From Pseudomonadota bacterium (GTDB lineage Bacteria; Pseudomonadota; Gammaproteobacteria; Acidiferrobacterales; UBA6901): a stretch of 64,000 bases of DNA. The notes under the pieces are model-generated. The model had not been told where the DNA came from and searched no databases. It worked only from the letters and a program-made list of their open reading frames with translations. The DNA lies in NCBI GenBank assembly GCA_021785515.1, contig JAJYEX010000001.1:719640-783639 (forward strand), read 5' to 3'. Shown in pieces: positions 1 to 8,588 of this stretch (positions within the stretch are counted from its first letter, which is position 1; each line of letters opens with the position of its first letter). The position numbers and the translations under genes are program-made.

Positions 1-695
1 GCCTCCAGCCGCAGCGTGTCACGCGCACCGAGCCCGATGGGCGCAACCCCGGCCTCGGCCAGCCCTTGCCAGCTATACGGGGCGGCCTTGCCAGGCAGGA
101 TGAGCTCGAACCCGTCTTCACCGGTATAGCCGGTAGTGGCGATAAACAGCTCGCCAATGCTGGTCGCATTAAAAGGTTTGAGCTTTTCGGTCTCGGAACG
201 CATCCCTTCTCCCAGTGCCTGATAAATCTTCTCCCGGGCATTCGGGCCCTGCACCGCGATGATCGCCAGGTCTGGCCGCGGCGCGATGCTCACCCCGCCC
301 ATTTCTCTCGAGGTTGTGTCCAGCCAGGCCAGGTCCTTGGTCCGGGTGGAAGCGTTCATGACCAGGCGAAACCATTGCTCGTTCATGTAATAGACGATCA
401 GGTCATCGATCACCCCGCCCTTGGCGTTCAACATGCAGGTATACATGGCCTTGCCTGGGGTCTGCAGTTTGGCCACGCTGTTAGCCATGAGCAATCCGAG
501 AAACGGGCGCACGTAGGCGCCCTTGATGTCGACCACGTTCATATGCGAGACATCGAACATTCCCGCATCCTGTCTGACCTTATGATGTTCCTCGATCTGG
601 GATCCGTAATGAAGTGGCATGTCCCAACCACCGAAATCGACAATCTTCGCCCCCATTTTCACATGGGTATCGTAAAGGGGTGTTTTGTAGCCCAT
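1..695 (-). CDS. gcvT: Glycine cleavage system T protein (aminomethyltransferase), N-terminal ~231 aa; 3' end runs off the left window edge
   Basis: Own translation of the minus strand from ATG (cat at 693-695): [52 protein letters not shown]...[10 protein letters not shown], a typical GcvT N-terminus. Absent from the ORF track because it is open-ended. SD-like GAGG lies 4 nt upstream. A glycine riboswitch lies upstream. Confidence 0.93.
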   Translation of the reverse strand, partial: MGYKTPLYDTHVKMGAKIVDFGGWDMPLHYGSQIEEHHKVRQDAGMFDVSHMNVVDIKGAYVRPFLGLLMANSVAKLQTPGKAMYTCMLNAKGGVIDDLIVYYMNEQWFRLVMNASTRTKDLAWLDTTSREMGGVSIAPRPDLAIIAVQGPNAREKIYQALGEGMRSETEKLKPFNATSIGELFIATTGYTGEDGFELILPGKAAPYSWQGLAEAGVAPIGLGARDTLRLE

Positions 696-923
696 GACAC
701 CTCGCTGCGCTCAGCCTAAGATTTTGGGGCATTGCCCGTCTGCAGTTGCCCGCACCCTAAATAACGCCGTGATGTGCCCTATCATCCCATCTGCGTCCCG
801 TCGACCCGTATAGCAAATTACCGGCATCCGCGGCGGCTACACCCCGGATAAGCCGCAGGACAGCTACCGGATGGAATGTACCTAGAGCGTTTCCGGCATG
901 CATTTTTCAATTTCTCGCTTCGC

Positions 924-965
924 AAATAAAAAAGGGGCGACGGACCCCATTGTGTCCGTCGCCCC
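924..965 (-). terminator. Intrinsic terminator acting as the riboswitch expression platform
   Basis: Minus-strand RNA: GGGGCGACGGAC-ACAAUGGG-GUCCGUCGCCCC, a perfect 12-bp stem (934-945 pairs with 954-965), followed by UUUUUUAUUU (924-933). The 5' arm overlaps the 3' end of aptamer 2. Confidence 0.8.
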
Positions 966-1151
966 TCTGTCCGGTAACCTGAGAGCTTGAGCCCCTTCGG
1001 TGGATATGCCCACAGGCCTGGCCTTCTGCCAGGGGGCCTTATCGCTCTCCAGAGTCGACCTTGTCTCTGCTGCGGTCCTTTTGCCTGAGCGTTTCCGGGC
1101 GGTTGCGCCTTCGGCGCCCCGGTGCCTACAGCCGGTCGGGGCCTCTCCCGC
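961..1151 (-). promoter_or_regulatory. Tandem glycine riboswitch (two aptamers)
   Basis: The minus strand reads GGGAGAGG...GCGCCGAAGGCGCAA...CUCAGGCAAAAGGAC (aptamer 1), then CUCUGGAGAG...CCACCGAAGGGGCUCAA...UCUCAGG...GGACAGAGG (aptamer 2). These match the conserved glycine-aptamer cores GGAGAG / CACCGAAGGGGCAA / CUCAGGCAAAAGGAC. It lies upstream of gcvT, the classical regulated gene. Confidence 0.88.
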
Positions 1152-1169
1152 AGAAATAGTCGTGGCGGC

Positions 1170-1198
1170 AATATATCCCAGGCTTAGATCCATGCCAA
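1170..1198 (-). promoter_or_regulatory. Sigma70-like promoter for the riboswitch-gcvT transcript
   Basis: Minus strand: TTGGCA (1193-1198), 17-nt spacer, TATATT (1170-1175). An A/T-rich UP-like tract (AATAAATCTTTTTTATTATC) lies upstream, and the riboswitch starts about 20 nt downstream. Confidence 0.55.
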
Positions 1199-1624
1199 GG
1201 ACTACCCCCCCAGAACGGAAAGATAATAAAAAAGATTTATTCTGGACAGAATCTGGCCCCCGGTCCCAACCACAGTCGAGCAGCGACGTGTGATCGCGGA
1301 ATGGACCGAGTTAGCGTGACTCGTTTCCTGATCTACACTTCAAGGGGTATCGGTGGTATCCGGTTGATCCTGCGATGAAGCTAGAAACGGTTTTAAAAAG
1401 CTAGTTTTCTCAAGCTGGCCTCCGCTTGCCATTTTGAATTGCGAAGGGGCAACTATACGAAATAGCACCTTGCGAACGACCGACAGCCAATCTCATTGTT
1501 AACCGAACACCAGTGAAGTGATTTCAAAATTATTTCGACGTTCCAGACGAATCCTGCTGACTTCGCCAGCAGCGCTATTCGGACGCTGTGGGCCGCCAGC
1601 TGGACGTTCAAATCGGGGGTTATT

Positions 1625-2467
1625 ATGAACTGGTTGAAGATTTCCAGACATGCATTTCTGTTTCTGGTCGGCTTCCTGTTCAGCGCGCCGGCCTATGCCG
1701 TGCTGGTATTCGGTGCGCCACCGCGGGAATCACGCGCCGAAGCCGATGCGGTCTACGGTCCGATCGCCCAGTTTCTTACCCGGGTAACAGGACAACAGGT
1801 CGTCTATCGCTATGTCAACAACTGGCTGTCCTACGAGAGCAACATACGCCACAAGGTTTATGACATCGAATTCGACGGGCCGGCATTCATAGCCTGGCGC
1901 ATGGCGCATTACGGCTGGACCCCGTTGGTAAAAGCTCCGGGTAATCTGCGCTTCGTGGTGATCGTAAAAAGAGACAACACCACCATAAAGAACCTCGAAG
2001 ATCTAGCCGGATATTCGATGTGCGCCTTCGCCCCCCCTAACCTGGCGACGATTACCATACAGTATGAATTTACGAATCCGTCACGCCAGCCCAACATCAT
2101 CCCCATAAGGACTTTCAGCCAAGCTTATCGGGAAGTCATGTCAGGCCAGTGTACCGCTGGCATCATGCAGATCATGCTGTACAAGCACATGAATGCCACT
2201 TTCCACGCAGCCAGGATTGTGTACGTCAGCAGGAAGTTGCCGAATCAGGCGTTTTCCGCCGGCCCGCGTGTCACACCTGCGATGCAGGCACGGATCACCT
2301 CTGCTCTCCTGTCCCCGCAGGGGCATACGGCGGCAGCGAAGCTGCTGGCTGAATTCAAGATCAAGAAGTTTGTACCAGCCACCGTACAGGAATATACGGG
2401 GCTCGACCATCTTCTCGACAACACCTGGGGTTTCGGTCTGAACCTGAGCATGCCGTCAACCCAGTAG
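1625..2467 (+). CDS. PhnD-like periplasmic substrate-binding protein (phosphonate/phosphite ABC-type SBP fold), orphan
   Basis: 280 aa. Signal peptide MNWLKISRHAFLFLVGFLFSAPAYA. The pattern VLVFGAPPRES...A...YGPIAQFL...TGQQVVYRYVNNW..YE...H.VYDIEFDGP resembles the PhnD SBP family. No permease or ATPase gene is adjacent. Confidence 0.6.
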   Translation: MNWLKISRHAFLFLVGFLFSAPAYAVLVFGAPPRESRAEADAVYGPIAQFLTRVTGQQVVYRYVNNWLSYESNIRHKVYDIEFDGPAFIAWRMAHYGWTPLVKAPGNLRFVVIVKRDNTTIKNLEDLAGYSMCAFAPPNLATITIQYEFTNPSRQPNIIPIRTFSQAYREVMSGQCTAGIMQIMLYKHMNATFHAARIVYVSRKLPNQAFSAGPRVTPAMQARITSALLSPQGHTAAAKLLAEFKIKKFVPATVQEYTGLDHLLDNTWGFGLNLSMPSTQ

Positions 2468-2480
2468 CGGCGAACAACGG

Positions 2481-3266
2481 TTAGCAGCCAGCTGACCCGA
2501 ACTCCGCAATAACGGGCGTGTGATCGGACGGGCGCTGCAAGGCACGCGGCCCGCGATCAATCCGGCATGACCGGCAACATCCGCACAGCGCCTGGCTGGC
2601 GAGGATATGGTCGATGCGCAAACCGTGATTCCGGCGGAATCCGCCCATGCGGTAATCCCACCAGCTGAACTGTTTCTCCGGTTGCTCAAAGCGTCGAAAG
2701 GTGTCGCATAGACCGGCGTCCAGAATATGCCGGAAGGCGGCACGCTCGGCGTCGCTGACCAGCACATGTCCCTCCCACAATGCAGGATCATGCACATCGC
2801 GATCTTCCGGAGCAATGTTGAAATCTCCGAGCACGACCAGCTTCGGGTTACCCGCAAGCTGCTGCTGAACATAGGCCGACAGGCTGGAGAGCCAATCGAG
2901 CTTGTAAGCATACTTGTCAGAACCGACCGATTGTCCGTTCGGCACGTAGACATTCAGGATCCGCACCCCTTCCCAGGATGCGCCGAGCACCCGTCTCTGG
3001 GAGTCCTGAAGCCCAGGGATGTCGAAAACCACATCGGACACAGGGGACCGGCTGACAATGGCAACGCCGTTATAGGCCTTTTGGCCGGAATAGACTGCGT
3101 GATACCCGGCTGCCTCAATCGCTGAGACCGGAAACCGCTCGTCGGTGAGCTTGGTTTCCTGCAGCGCCAGAACGTCGGGCCGTTCACTGGCAAGCCAGGC
3201 CAACACGTGCTCGAGACGCACGGACAGAGAGTTTACGTTCCAGGTGGCGACTTTAAAAAGCGACAT
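2481..3266 (-). CDS. xthA: Exodeoxyribonuclease III
   Basis: 261 aa. MSLFKVATWNVNSLSVRLEHVLAWL...PDVLALQETK, ...DHRLRIDHIL..., ...PSDHTPV: the ExoIII/AP-endonuclease signature. Confidence 0.93.
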   Translation of the reverse strand: MSLFKVATWNVNSLSVRLEHVLAWLASERPDVLALQETKLTDERFPVSAIEAAGYHAVYSGQKAYNGVAIVSRSPVSDVVFDIPGLQDSQRRVLGASWEGVRILNVYVPNGQSVGSDKYAYKLDWLSSLSAYVQQQLAGNPKLVVLGDFNIAPEDRDVHDPALWEGHVLVSDAERAAFRHILDAGLCDTFRRFEQPEKQFSWWDYRMGGFRRNHGLRIDHILASQALCGCCRSCRIDRGPRALQRPSDHTPVIAEFGSAGC

Positions 3267-3270
3267 AATA

Positions 3271-3289
3271 TCAGCAGTGTCCAGTTAAA
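3271..3289. repeat. Left terminal inverted repeat of the IS relic
   Basis: See the mobile element entry: 16/19 match to the reverse complement of 4364-4382. Confidence 0.7.
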
Positions 3290-3414
3290 AATGCGATGAT
3301 CCTTGGGCAAAGTCCATAAACACAGGCATTTCGGAGACAGTCAAGCTGTTCCCGGTTTGAACCGCAAGGTGCTGATCGGGCAGTGTTCCGGCTTTGGACT
3401 GGCCGGAGGGACCG

Positions 3415-4368
3415 GTGAACGTTGGCAAAACGCTGCTCGCGCAAGTGATGGAATTCCTCCTCTGGAAGACCTTTCACCGCATCGTGGCCCGTTACCGGGG
3501 CGATCACGGGGCGCGTACACTCACGTGCGCCGGGCAGCTGCGCTGCATGGCCTTCGCACAGCCCGCCTACCGTGAAAGCCCGCGCGATATCGAGGCCGCC
3601 CTCCCGGCGCAGGCCGCCGGGCTCTACCACATGGGATTTCGCGAGCCCATCCGCCGCTCGACCCTCGCCGATGCCAACGAGCGGCGCGACTGGTTCATCT
3701 ACGCCGGGCTCGCCCAGCGCCTCATCGTCCAGGCGCGCAAGCTTTATGCCGAGGAGGGCCTGGGGCTCGATCTGCTGATCCCCGAGGCCGGGGCATTCTG
3801 CGTGATCGGCCGGGGATACGTCGATTTCGCGCGTCTCTGCGCCCTGCACCAGGCGGGCGCTTTCTTCGCGATTCAGGCGAAATCGAACCTCAATGCCCGG
3901 CGGCTCTATTCGGCGCCGAGCGACCGGACCATTGTGCTCAACGGCTTTTACTCCGGCCAGGGTTATCCGCAACACCTGCGCCGCATCCGCTTCAAAGACC
4001 AATCCGGCAAGCGGCTCGTGTTCCTCGCCAACCACTTCCGCCTGGACGCCGCAACCGTCTGCGCGCTGTATCGAAGCCGCTGGCAGGCGGAGCTCTTCAA
4101 GTGGATCAAACCGCATTTGCCGATCAAGCGATTCTTTGGCATCTCCGCGAACACCGTGAAAACGCAGATCTCGGTTGCCGTCCCGGTATACGTGCCGGCG
4201 GCCCTCATCAAGAAACAGCTCAAGCCGGAGGCGTTGCTTCATACGCTTCTACAGATCCTCCCGGTGACCGTCTTCGAGAAGATGGCGCTGGCACAGGCAC
4301 TTACACCACGGCAACCGATCGAGAAGTCGAGCATATCTGATAACCAACTGAACCTGTTCGAGGTTTAA
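3415..4368 (+). CDS. IS4-family (DDE_Tnp_1 / DUF4372-type N-terminus) transposase, probably defective (internal deletion, catalytic Asp lost)
   Basis: GTG at 3415 preceded by GGAGGG. Family-typical N-terminus (V/M)NVGKTLLAQVMEFLLWKTFHRIVARYRGD, and C-terminal YRSRWQAELFKWIK...NTVKTQI with the catalytic Glu region. Where the family has (M/L)DRGY this copy reads VIGRGYVDF, and no DxT first-Asp segment exists between LGLDL and EAGAF. At 317 aa it is shorter than the ~380 aa I recall for intact members. Confidence 0.8.
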   Translation: MNVGKTLLAQVMEFLLWKTFHRIVARYRGDHGARTLTCAGQLRCMAFAQPAYRESPRDIEAALPAQAAGLYHMGFREPIRRSTLADANERRDWFIYAGLAQRLIVQARKLYAEEGLGLDLLIPEAGAFCVIGRGYVDFARLCALHQAGAFFAIQAKSNLNARRLYSAPSDRTIVLNGFYSGQGYPQHLRRIRFKDQSGKRLVFLANHFRLDAATVCALYRSRWQAELFKWIKPHLPIKRFFGISANTVKTQISVAVPVYVPAALIKKQLKPEALLHTLLQILPVTVFEKMALAQALTPRQPIEKSSISDNQLNLFEV

Positions 4369-4382
4369 CCGGACGCTACTGA
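4364..4382. repeat. Right terminal inverted repeat of the IS relic (contains the transposase stop codon)
   Basis: See the mobile element entry. Confidence 0.7.
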
Positions 4383-4446
4383 CATAATATATTGTTTGAT
4401 CAATGTAATAGTTGGGGGCTGTTCCTTGATATACCCCCAACCGCCT

Positions 4447-4551
4447 CTACGCTTCGATCACGGAATTATCCGTTGTTACTGCTGCAACACCGCGCGTGGG
4501 CACAAAACCATACAGCACTCCCAACAACAAGGGAATGAAGGAAAAAGCCAT
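4447..4551 (-). CDS. Possible 34-aa small membrane peptide (unannotated small ORF)
   Basis: Own translation: MAFSFIPLLLGVLYGFVPTRGVAAVTTDNSVIEA. GAGGA lies 5 nt upstream of the ATG. It is co-directional with and 61 nt downstream of the DJ-1 gene. An 8-bp stem hairpin (4411-4418 pairs with 4434-4441) lies just after its stop. No homology evidence. Confidence 0.25.
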   Translation of the reverse strand: MAFSFIPLLLGVLYGFVPTRGVAAVTTDNSVIEA

Positions 4552-4612
4552 GACCGTCCTCGCGTTCAGCGCCGCTGGCGCCACGTCAGCACTCTGCCGT
4601 CCGCAGGGGCGC

Positions 4613-5353
4613 TTACAGACTTTCTCGATCCCAGCGCTTTAGCCGCTCAACGATCCGGTCGACCTGGGCACGACGTTCCTCCTGCAGATCGACTCTTCCG
4701 GAGGATACCCTGTCAATGATTCGTGGTTCTGCGGTGCGGATTGAGCCGCCGGGGAATGGAGGTTGCGGGTCATATTCGATGAGAAGCTGGATTTCCTTGG
4801 CCGCATCATCGCCAAAAAGGCGTGAGGCTACGACCAGCGCCAGGTCAATGCCCGCAGAAACTCCCGCGGCCGTGATCCGGTTGCCATCGATGACAACCCG
4901 TTCTGCGACAGTCTCCACACCCAGGCGTGCCAGCAGGTCCATGGATAGCCAGTGAGTCGTGGCGCACCGCCCCTCCAACAGCCCAGCGGACGCAAGCAAG
5001 AGCGAACCCGTGCAGACAGAGGTAACGAATTTGGCTCCCGCTCCCCATCGTCTCAGATATCCCACAAACTCCTCGTCCTCCATGACGTCCATCTGGCCCG
5101 GACCACCCGGCACAAACATCACGTCGGGGGCAGCGTCGTCGAAACACGTGTCGGGAATGATGACCATCCCGCGATCGGTGTGAATCGGATCCAACGTTGC
5201 AGCCAGGAGCGCCACGCGGGCACCTGGGAGCCGCGCAAATACTTCATAGGGCCCGGAAACATCGAGAAGCGTCACCCTTTGATAGAGAACGATCCCGATG
5301 GACACCGAGTCTTTTAGTTTCCTTTGAGACACGACCTCTCCTCCTTGCAGCAA
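4613..5353 (-). CDS. DJ-1/PfpI family protein (class I glutamine amidotransferase-like fold)
   Basis: 246 aa. IGIVLYQRVTLLDVSGPYEVF..., nucleophile-elbow motif TSVCTGSLLLASAGLL, ...ATTHW..., ITAAGVSAGIDLAL. The true start may be an internal codon. Confidence 0.85.
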   Translation of the reverse strand: MLQGGEVVSQRKLKDSVSIGIVLYQRVTLLDVSGPYEVFARLPGARVALLAATLDPIHTDRGMVIIPDTCFDDAAPDVMFVPGGPGQMDVMEDEEFVGYLRRWGAGAKFVTSVCTGSLLLASAGLLEGRCATTHWLSMDLLARLGVETVAERVVIDGNRITAAGVSAGIDLALVVASRLFGDDAAKEIQLLIEYDPQPPFPGGSIRTAEPRIIDRVSSGRVDLQEERRAQVDRIVERLKRWDRESL

Positions 5354-5419
5354 CGGTTCCGTGGCAACAGGCCTCAGGTTGGAAAGCCCCCGATTTAAAA
5401 AATTATACGATTTGGGTGG

Positions 5420-5623
5420 TCAGCCCACGTTTTTATATTGGCGTTCGCGATCCCGGGTGCCATAGGTGGCAGCGCCACCCGAAGTCGGCCAGCCGTCTTC
5501 TTTAAGTTGGGAAACAGCAGTGAACCCTTCTTGGCATGGTTGACGTAGACAAGTTGCGTGTCCAACCCTGTAAAAGTTTATGAAGACAGAAGGATTGCAC
5601 GGAAAGAAGTTGTACTCGTTCAT
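5420..5623 (-). CDS. Hypothetical 67-aa protein in a low-GC pocket
   Basis: ORF-track entry MNEYNFFPCNPSVFINFYRVGHATCLRQPCQ.... GGAG lies 3 nt upstream of the ATG. No recognisable motif. The region is visibly more AT-rich than its surroundings. Confidence 0.25.
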   Translation of the reverse strand: MNEYNFFPCNPSVFINFYRVGHATCLRQPCQEGFTAVSQLKEDGWPTSGGAATYGTRDRERQYKNVG

Positions 5624-5730
5624 CCGCTCCGATACTGGCAGGCGCAGGTATTTTTGCTCGGCTGCGCGGGTCGCGCTTGCCGCTCAAAACTTAGACCAGG
5701 ACTTATGACTCTGGCGGCACACCAGGCTAC

Positions 5731-6213
5731 TCAGTCAGCCGGGGTGGCGCGGTTACCCGAAGCGGTCGATAGCTGGAATCCGGCCTGGGTCAGCGCGCTC
5801 GACAGCTGTGGCGGCATGTACCCCTGAGTGACGGTTGTGCCCACCGTCACCGTCGGCACCGTCAGGTTGCCTGCCACCTTGCGCAGCTGCTGCTGCTTCT
5901 TGGCGTTAGCGGCCACATTTACTTCGCGAAAGGGTATGTGGTGCTGTTTGAGATAGTGGCGTACCAGATCGCAGGAGTCGCAATGCGGAACCATGTAGAG
6001 GACCACGTTTTCCCCCGAAACAGGTCCAGGGGTCTTGGCCGCGTGATTTCGCGGCACATTGACAATTGCGGCCTCCGCCGCACTCGGAGGAGGCTCGCTC
6101 GCATAGGTCACTGTTCCATCCTTAGCTACCCATCGGTAGATGGCAGCGTGGCTCGTTGCTGCAGCCGCAAGAGTACCGCCCAGCATGATCATCGCGATAA
6201 CGGCATATTTCAT
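5731..6213 (-). CDS. DUF4124 domain plus glutaredoxin-like (CxxC) periplasmic protein
   Basis: 160 aa. Signal peptide MKYAVIAMIMLGGTLAAAATSHA, the DUF4124-like stretch IYRWVAKDGTVTYASEPP, then a glutaredoxin-like fold VVLYMVPHCDSCDLVRHYLKQHHIPFREVNV...TVPTVTVG. Confidence 0.75.
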   Translation of the reverse strand: MKYAVIAMIMLGGTLAAAATSHAAIYRWVAKDGTVTYASEPPPSAAEAAIVNVPRNHAAKTPGPVSGENVVLYMVPHCDSCDLVRHYLKQHHIPFREVNVAANAKKQQQLRKVAGNLTVPTVTVGTTVTQGYMPPQLSSALTQAGFQLSTASGNRATPAD

Positions 6214-6444
6214 GAGTTGATCCTCGGCTGCCCTGTCCGGTCAAACACGCGATTTGTGCCACCGCAGGCAGCGCTTCAGTCCTGAGCATAGCAGCTGGGT
6301 CTGCAGGGGGCCGGAGCACGGCCGTCTGGCCGTATGCGCCGCCGCTCAGGTCAATCCGTGTCGCCCGATTACGTCGTCCCGGGACGCACGATCCACGACC
6401 ACCATCCCGCGCCAGGAAGCCCCAAGGCCCAGCCCAGTAGCGGG

Positions 6445-8505
6445 CTAACCCGTCAGACCGGAATGACGCAGCAGCGCGTCAATCCTGGGTTCGCGGCCAC
6501 GGAACCGTATGAATAGCTCCATGGGTTCGTAGACCCCGCCTTGTTCAAGGATGTTATGGAGGAATTCCTCGCCGGTACGGCGGTCGAAAACCCCATTTTC
6601 CTCGAATTTGCTGAAGGCATCCGCCGACAGGACCTCGGCCCATTTGTAACTGTAGTAGCCAGCAGCGTAACCGCCGGAAAAAATGTGCGAAAAACTGTTT
6701 TGAAACCTATTGAATGCGGGCGGAATGATGACCGCCGTCTCTCGCCGGACGCTGTCCAGTAGATCCTGTACTGTCTTTCCTCGACCTGGAACAAAGCTGC
6801 CATGTAGGCGCATGTCGAACAACGCGAACTCCAGCTGGCGGACCATCTGCATGCCCGACTGGAAATTCCTGGCCGCGATCATTTTCTCGTACAGGGACTG
6901 CGGCAACCGCTCTCCCGTACGATAATGGCGGGCCAGGCCATCGAGCGCCTGCTGTTCCCAGCACCAGTTCTCCATGAATTGGCTGGGCAGTTCCACCGCG
7001 TCCCAGGGCACACCGTTAATGCCGGAGACGCCGACGTAATCCACGCGGGTGAGCATGTGATGCAGCCCGTGACCGAACTCATGAAACAGCGTTGTCACCT
7101 CGTCGTGCGTGAGGAGCGCCGGGTCATCGCCCACCGGAGCGGTCAGATTGCAGACCAGATAGGCCACCGGAATCTGTATCCCGGCCGAGGTGCGCTTGCG
7201 ACCAATGCAGTCATCCATCCAGGCGCCGCCGCGCTTTCCCGGGCGCGGATAGAGATCCACGTAGAAACGGCCCCGGACCTCACCTTGCGCGTCGCGGATC
7301 TCATAGAAGCGGACATCCGGATGCCAGACCTCGGAATTGTCGATCTCCCGGATCTCGATCCCGTAAAGCCGGTTGACGATCGCAAACAGGCCGGAAATAA
7401 CCTGCGGAGCCGGGAAATATGGCCTGAGATCCTCGTCGCTGAAGGCATAGCGGTGCTCCCGCAGCTTCTCGGAATAATACGGTACGTCCCAGGCCTCCAG
7501 ATCCGCAGCGCCGAACTGGGAGGACGCAAACGTCCGCAGTTCGGCGAGCTCGGCCTGCGCCGGCGGTCGCGACCGTTCCGCCAGCCCATGCAGGAACGCA
7601 GTCACCTCGGCAGCACTCCCCGCCATTTTGGTGGCCAGGGACAGCGAGGCATAGTCAGGATAACCCAGCAGCTGTGCTTCCTCGATGCGCAGCGCAAGCA
7701 GACGGTCGATGATGGGGCCGTTGTCCCAGGATCCTGGCCTGGGTCCCTGGTCGCTTGCGCGGGTGACATAGGCCTCATATATGCGTCGCCGCAATTCGCG
7801 CTTTGCCGAATATGTGATGAACGCAGCATAGGATGGTCCGTGTAGACTGAACTTCCAGCCTGACTTGCCATCCCGCTCTGCATCCTGGCGCGCTGCAGCA
7901 CGTGCCGATTCCGGCAGTCCCTCGAGATCGTCTGCATCGGCGATCAGCAGCTCCCAGCCGTCGGTGGCATCGAGCACGTTCTCCTCGAACCGGCTGGTCA
8001 ACGTAGAAAGCTCCTGCTGGATCTCGCGGAAACGGCGCTTGTCTGCAAGATTGAGATCCGCGCCAGATAGGCGGAAATCACGCAATGTGTGCTCGATGAT
8101 CCTGCGCTGCGCCGGACTCAACGTGGCAAATGCCGGATCAGCGGCAATCGCTTTGTAGGCGCGATAGACACGCTCGTCCTGCGCAAGCTCGGTCTGATAG
8201 TCGCTGAGCCTCGGCAGGCAGCGATTATAGGCCGTGCGCAGGGTCTCGCTGTTCATCACGGCGTTGAGGTGCGACACCGGAGACCACAGGCGGCTTAACC
8301 GTTCCTCCATGTCTTCCATAGGCTGGGCAAAGCTGTCCCAGGTAAACGGCCCGCCGGCCTCAAGCAGCTGCTCGCGTTCCCGGCGGTTGCGCGCAAGCAT
8401 CGCATCAAGCGCAGGCTCGACATGCCCTGGACGGATTTCGGAAAACCGCGGCAATCCGTCCAGAACAAGCAGGGGGTTGTCAGTTTCGCTTGTCACTTGC
8501 GTCAT
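6445..8505 (-). CDS. prlC: Oligopeptidase A (M3 family zinc metallopeptidase)
   Basis: 686 aa. HEFGHGLHHMLT zinc motif, plus typical OpdA length and N-terminus (NPLL...LPRFSEIRPGHVEPAL). Confidence 0.92.
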   Translation of the reverse strand: MTQVTSETDNPLLVLDGLPRFSEIRPGHVEPALDAMLARNRREREQLLEAGGPFTWDSFAQPMEDMEERLSRLWSPVSHLNAVMNSETLRTAYNRCLPRLSDYQTELAQDERVYRAYKAIAADPAFATLSPAQRRIIEHTLRDFRLSGADLNLADKRRFREIQQELSTLTSRFEENVLDATDGWELLIADADDLEGLPESARAAARQDAERDGKSGWKFSLHGPSYAAFITYSAKRELRRRIYEAYVTRASDQGPRPGSWDNGPIIDRLLALRIEEAQLLGYPDYASLSLATKMAGSAAEVTAFLHGLAERSRPPAQAELAELRTFASSQFGAADLEAWDVPYYSEKLREHRYAFSDEDLRPYFPAPQVISGLFAIVNRLYGIEIREIDNSEVWHPDVRFYEIRDAQGEVRGRFYVDLYPRPGKRGGAWMDDCIGRKRTSAGIQIPVAYLVCNLTAPVGDDPALLTHDEVTTLFHEFGHGLHHMLTRVDYVGVSGINGVPWDAVELPSQFMENWCWEQQALDGLARHYRTGERLPQSLYEKMIAARNFQSGMQMVRQLEFALFDMRLHGSFVPGRGKTVQDLLDSVRRETAVIIPPAFNRFQNSFSHIFSGGYAAGYYSYKWAEVLSADAFSKFEENGVFDRRTGEEFLHNILEQGGVYEPMELFIRFRGREPRIDALLRHSGLTG

Positions 8506-8588
8506 GATAGTTTAGGGAAAGGGTTTTACGGAGACGTCTAATTTAACATGTACGCACACAGCGCGGTAACCCTGCGCGCACCCGGATC

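Larger units (their letters stand above)
3271..4382 (+). mobile_element. IS4-family insertion sequence relic (~1.1 kb) with imperfect terminal IRs and a 7-bp flanking direct repeat
   Basis: Left end tcagcagtgtccagttaaa (3271-3289) versus the reverse complement of the right end tcagtagcgtccggttaaa (4364-4382): 16/19 identical. CATAATA occurs on both flanks (3264-3270 and 4383-4389). Contains a single transposase ORF. Confidence 0.75.

Noticed and set aside
66-719. 217-aa plus-strand ORF at the left edge
   Set aside because: It is the antisense shadow of gcvT. The minus-strand translation gives an unmistakable GcvT N-terminus, whereas this ORF has no recognisable motif.
818-1293. Three ORFs of 97-117 aa (818-1171 minus, 882-1193 minus, 1000-1293 plus)
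   Set aside because: They overlap the glycine riboswitch, its terminator and its promoter. Their sequences are low-complexity and Arg/Pro/Gly-rich, as expected from GC-rich noncoding or structured RNA.
3271-4242. 323-aa minus-strand ORF
   Set aside because: It is antisense to the IS4-family transposase, whose plus-strand product has clear family motifs. This is a typical high-GC shadow ORF.
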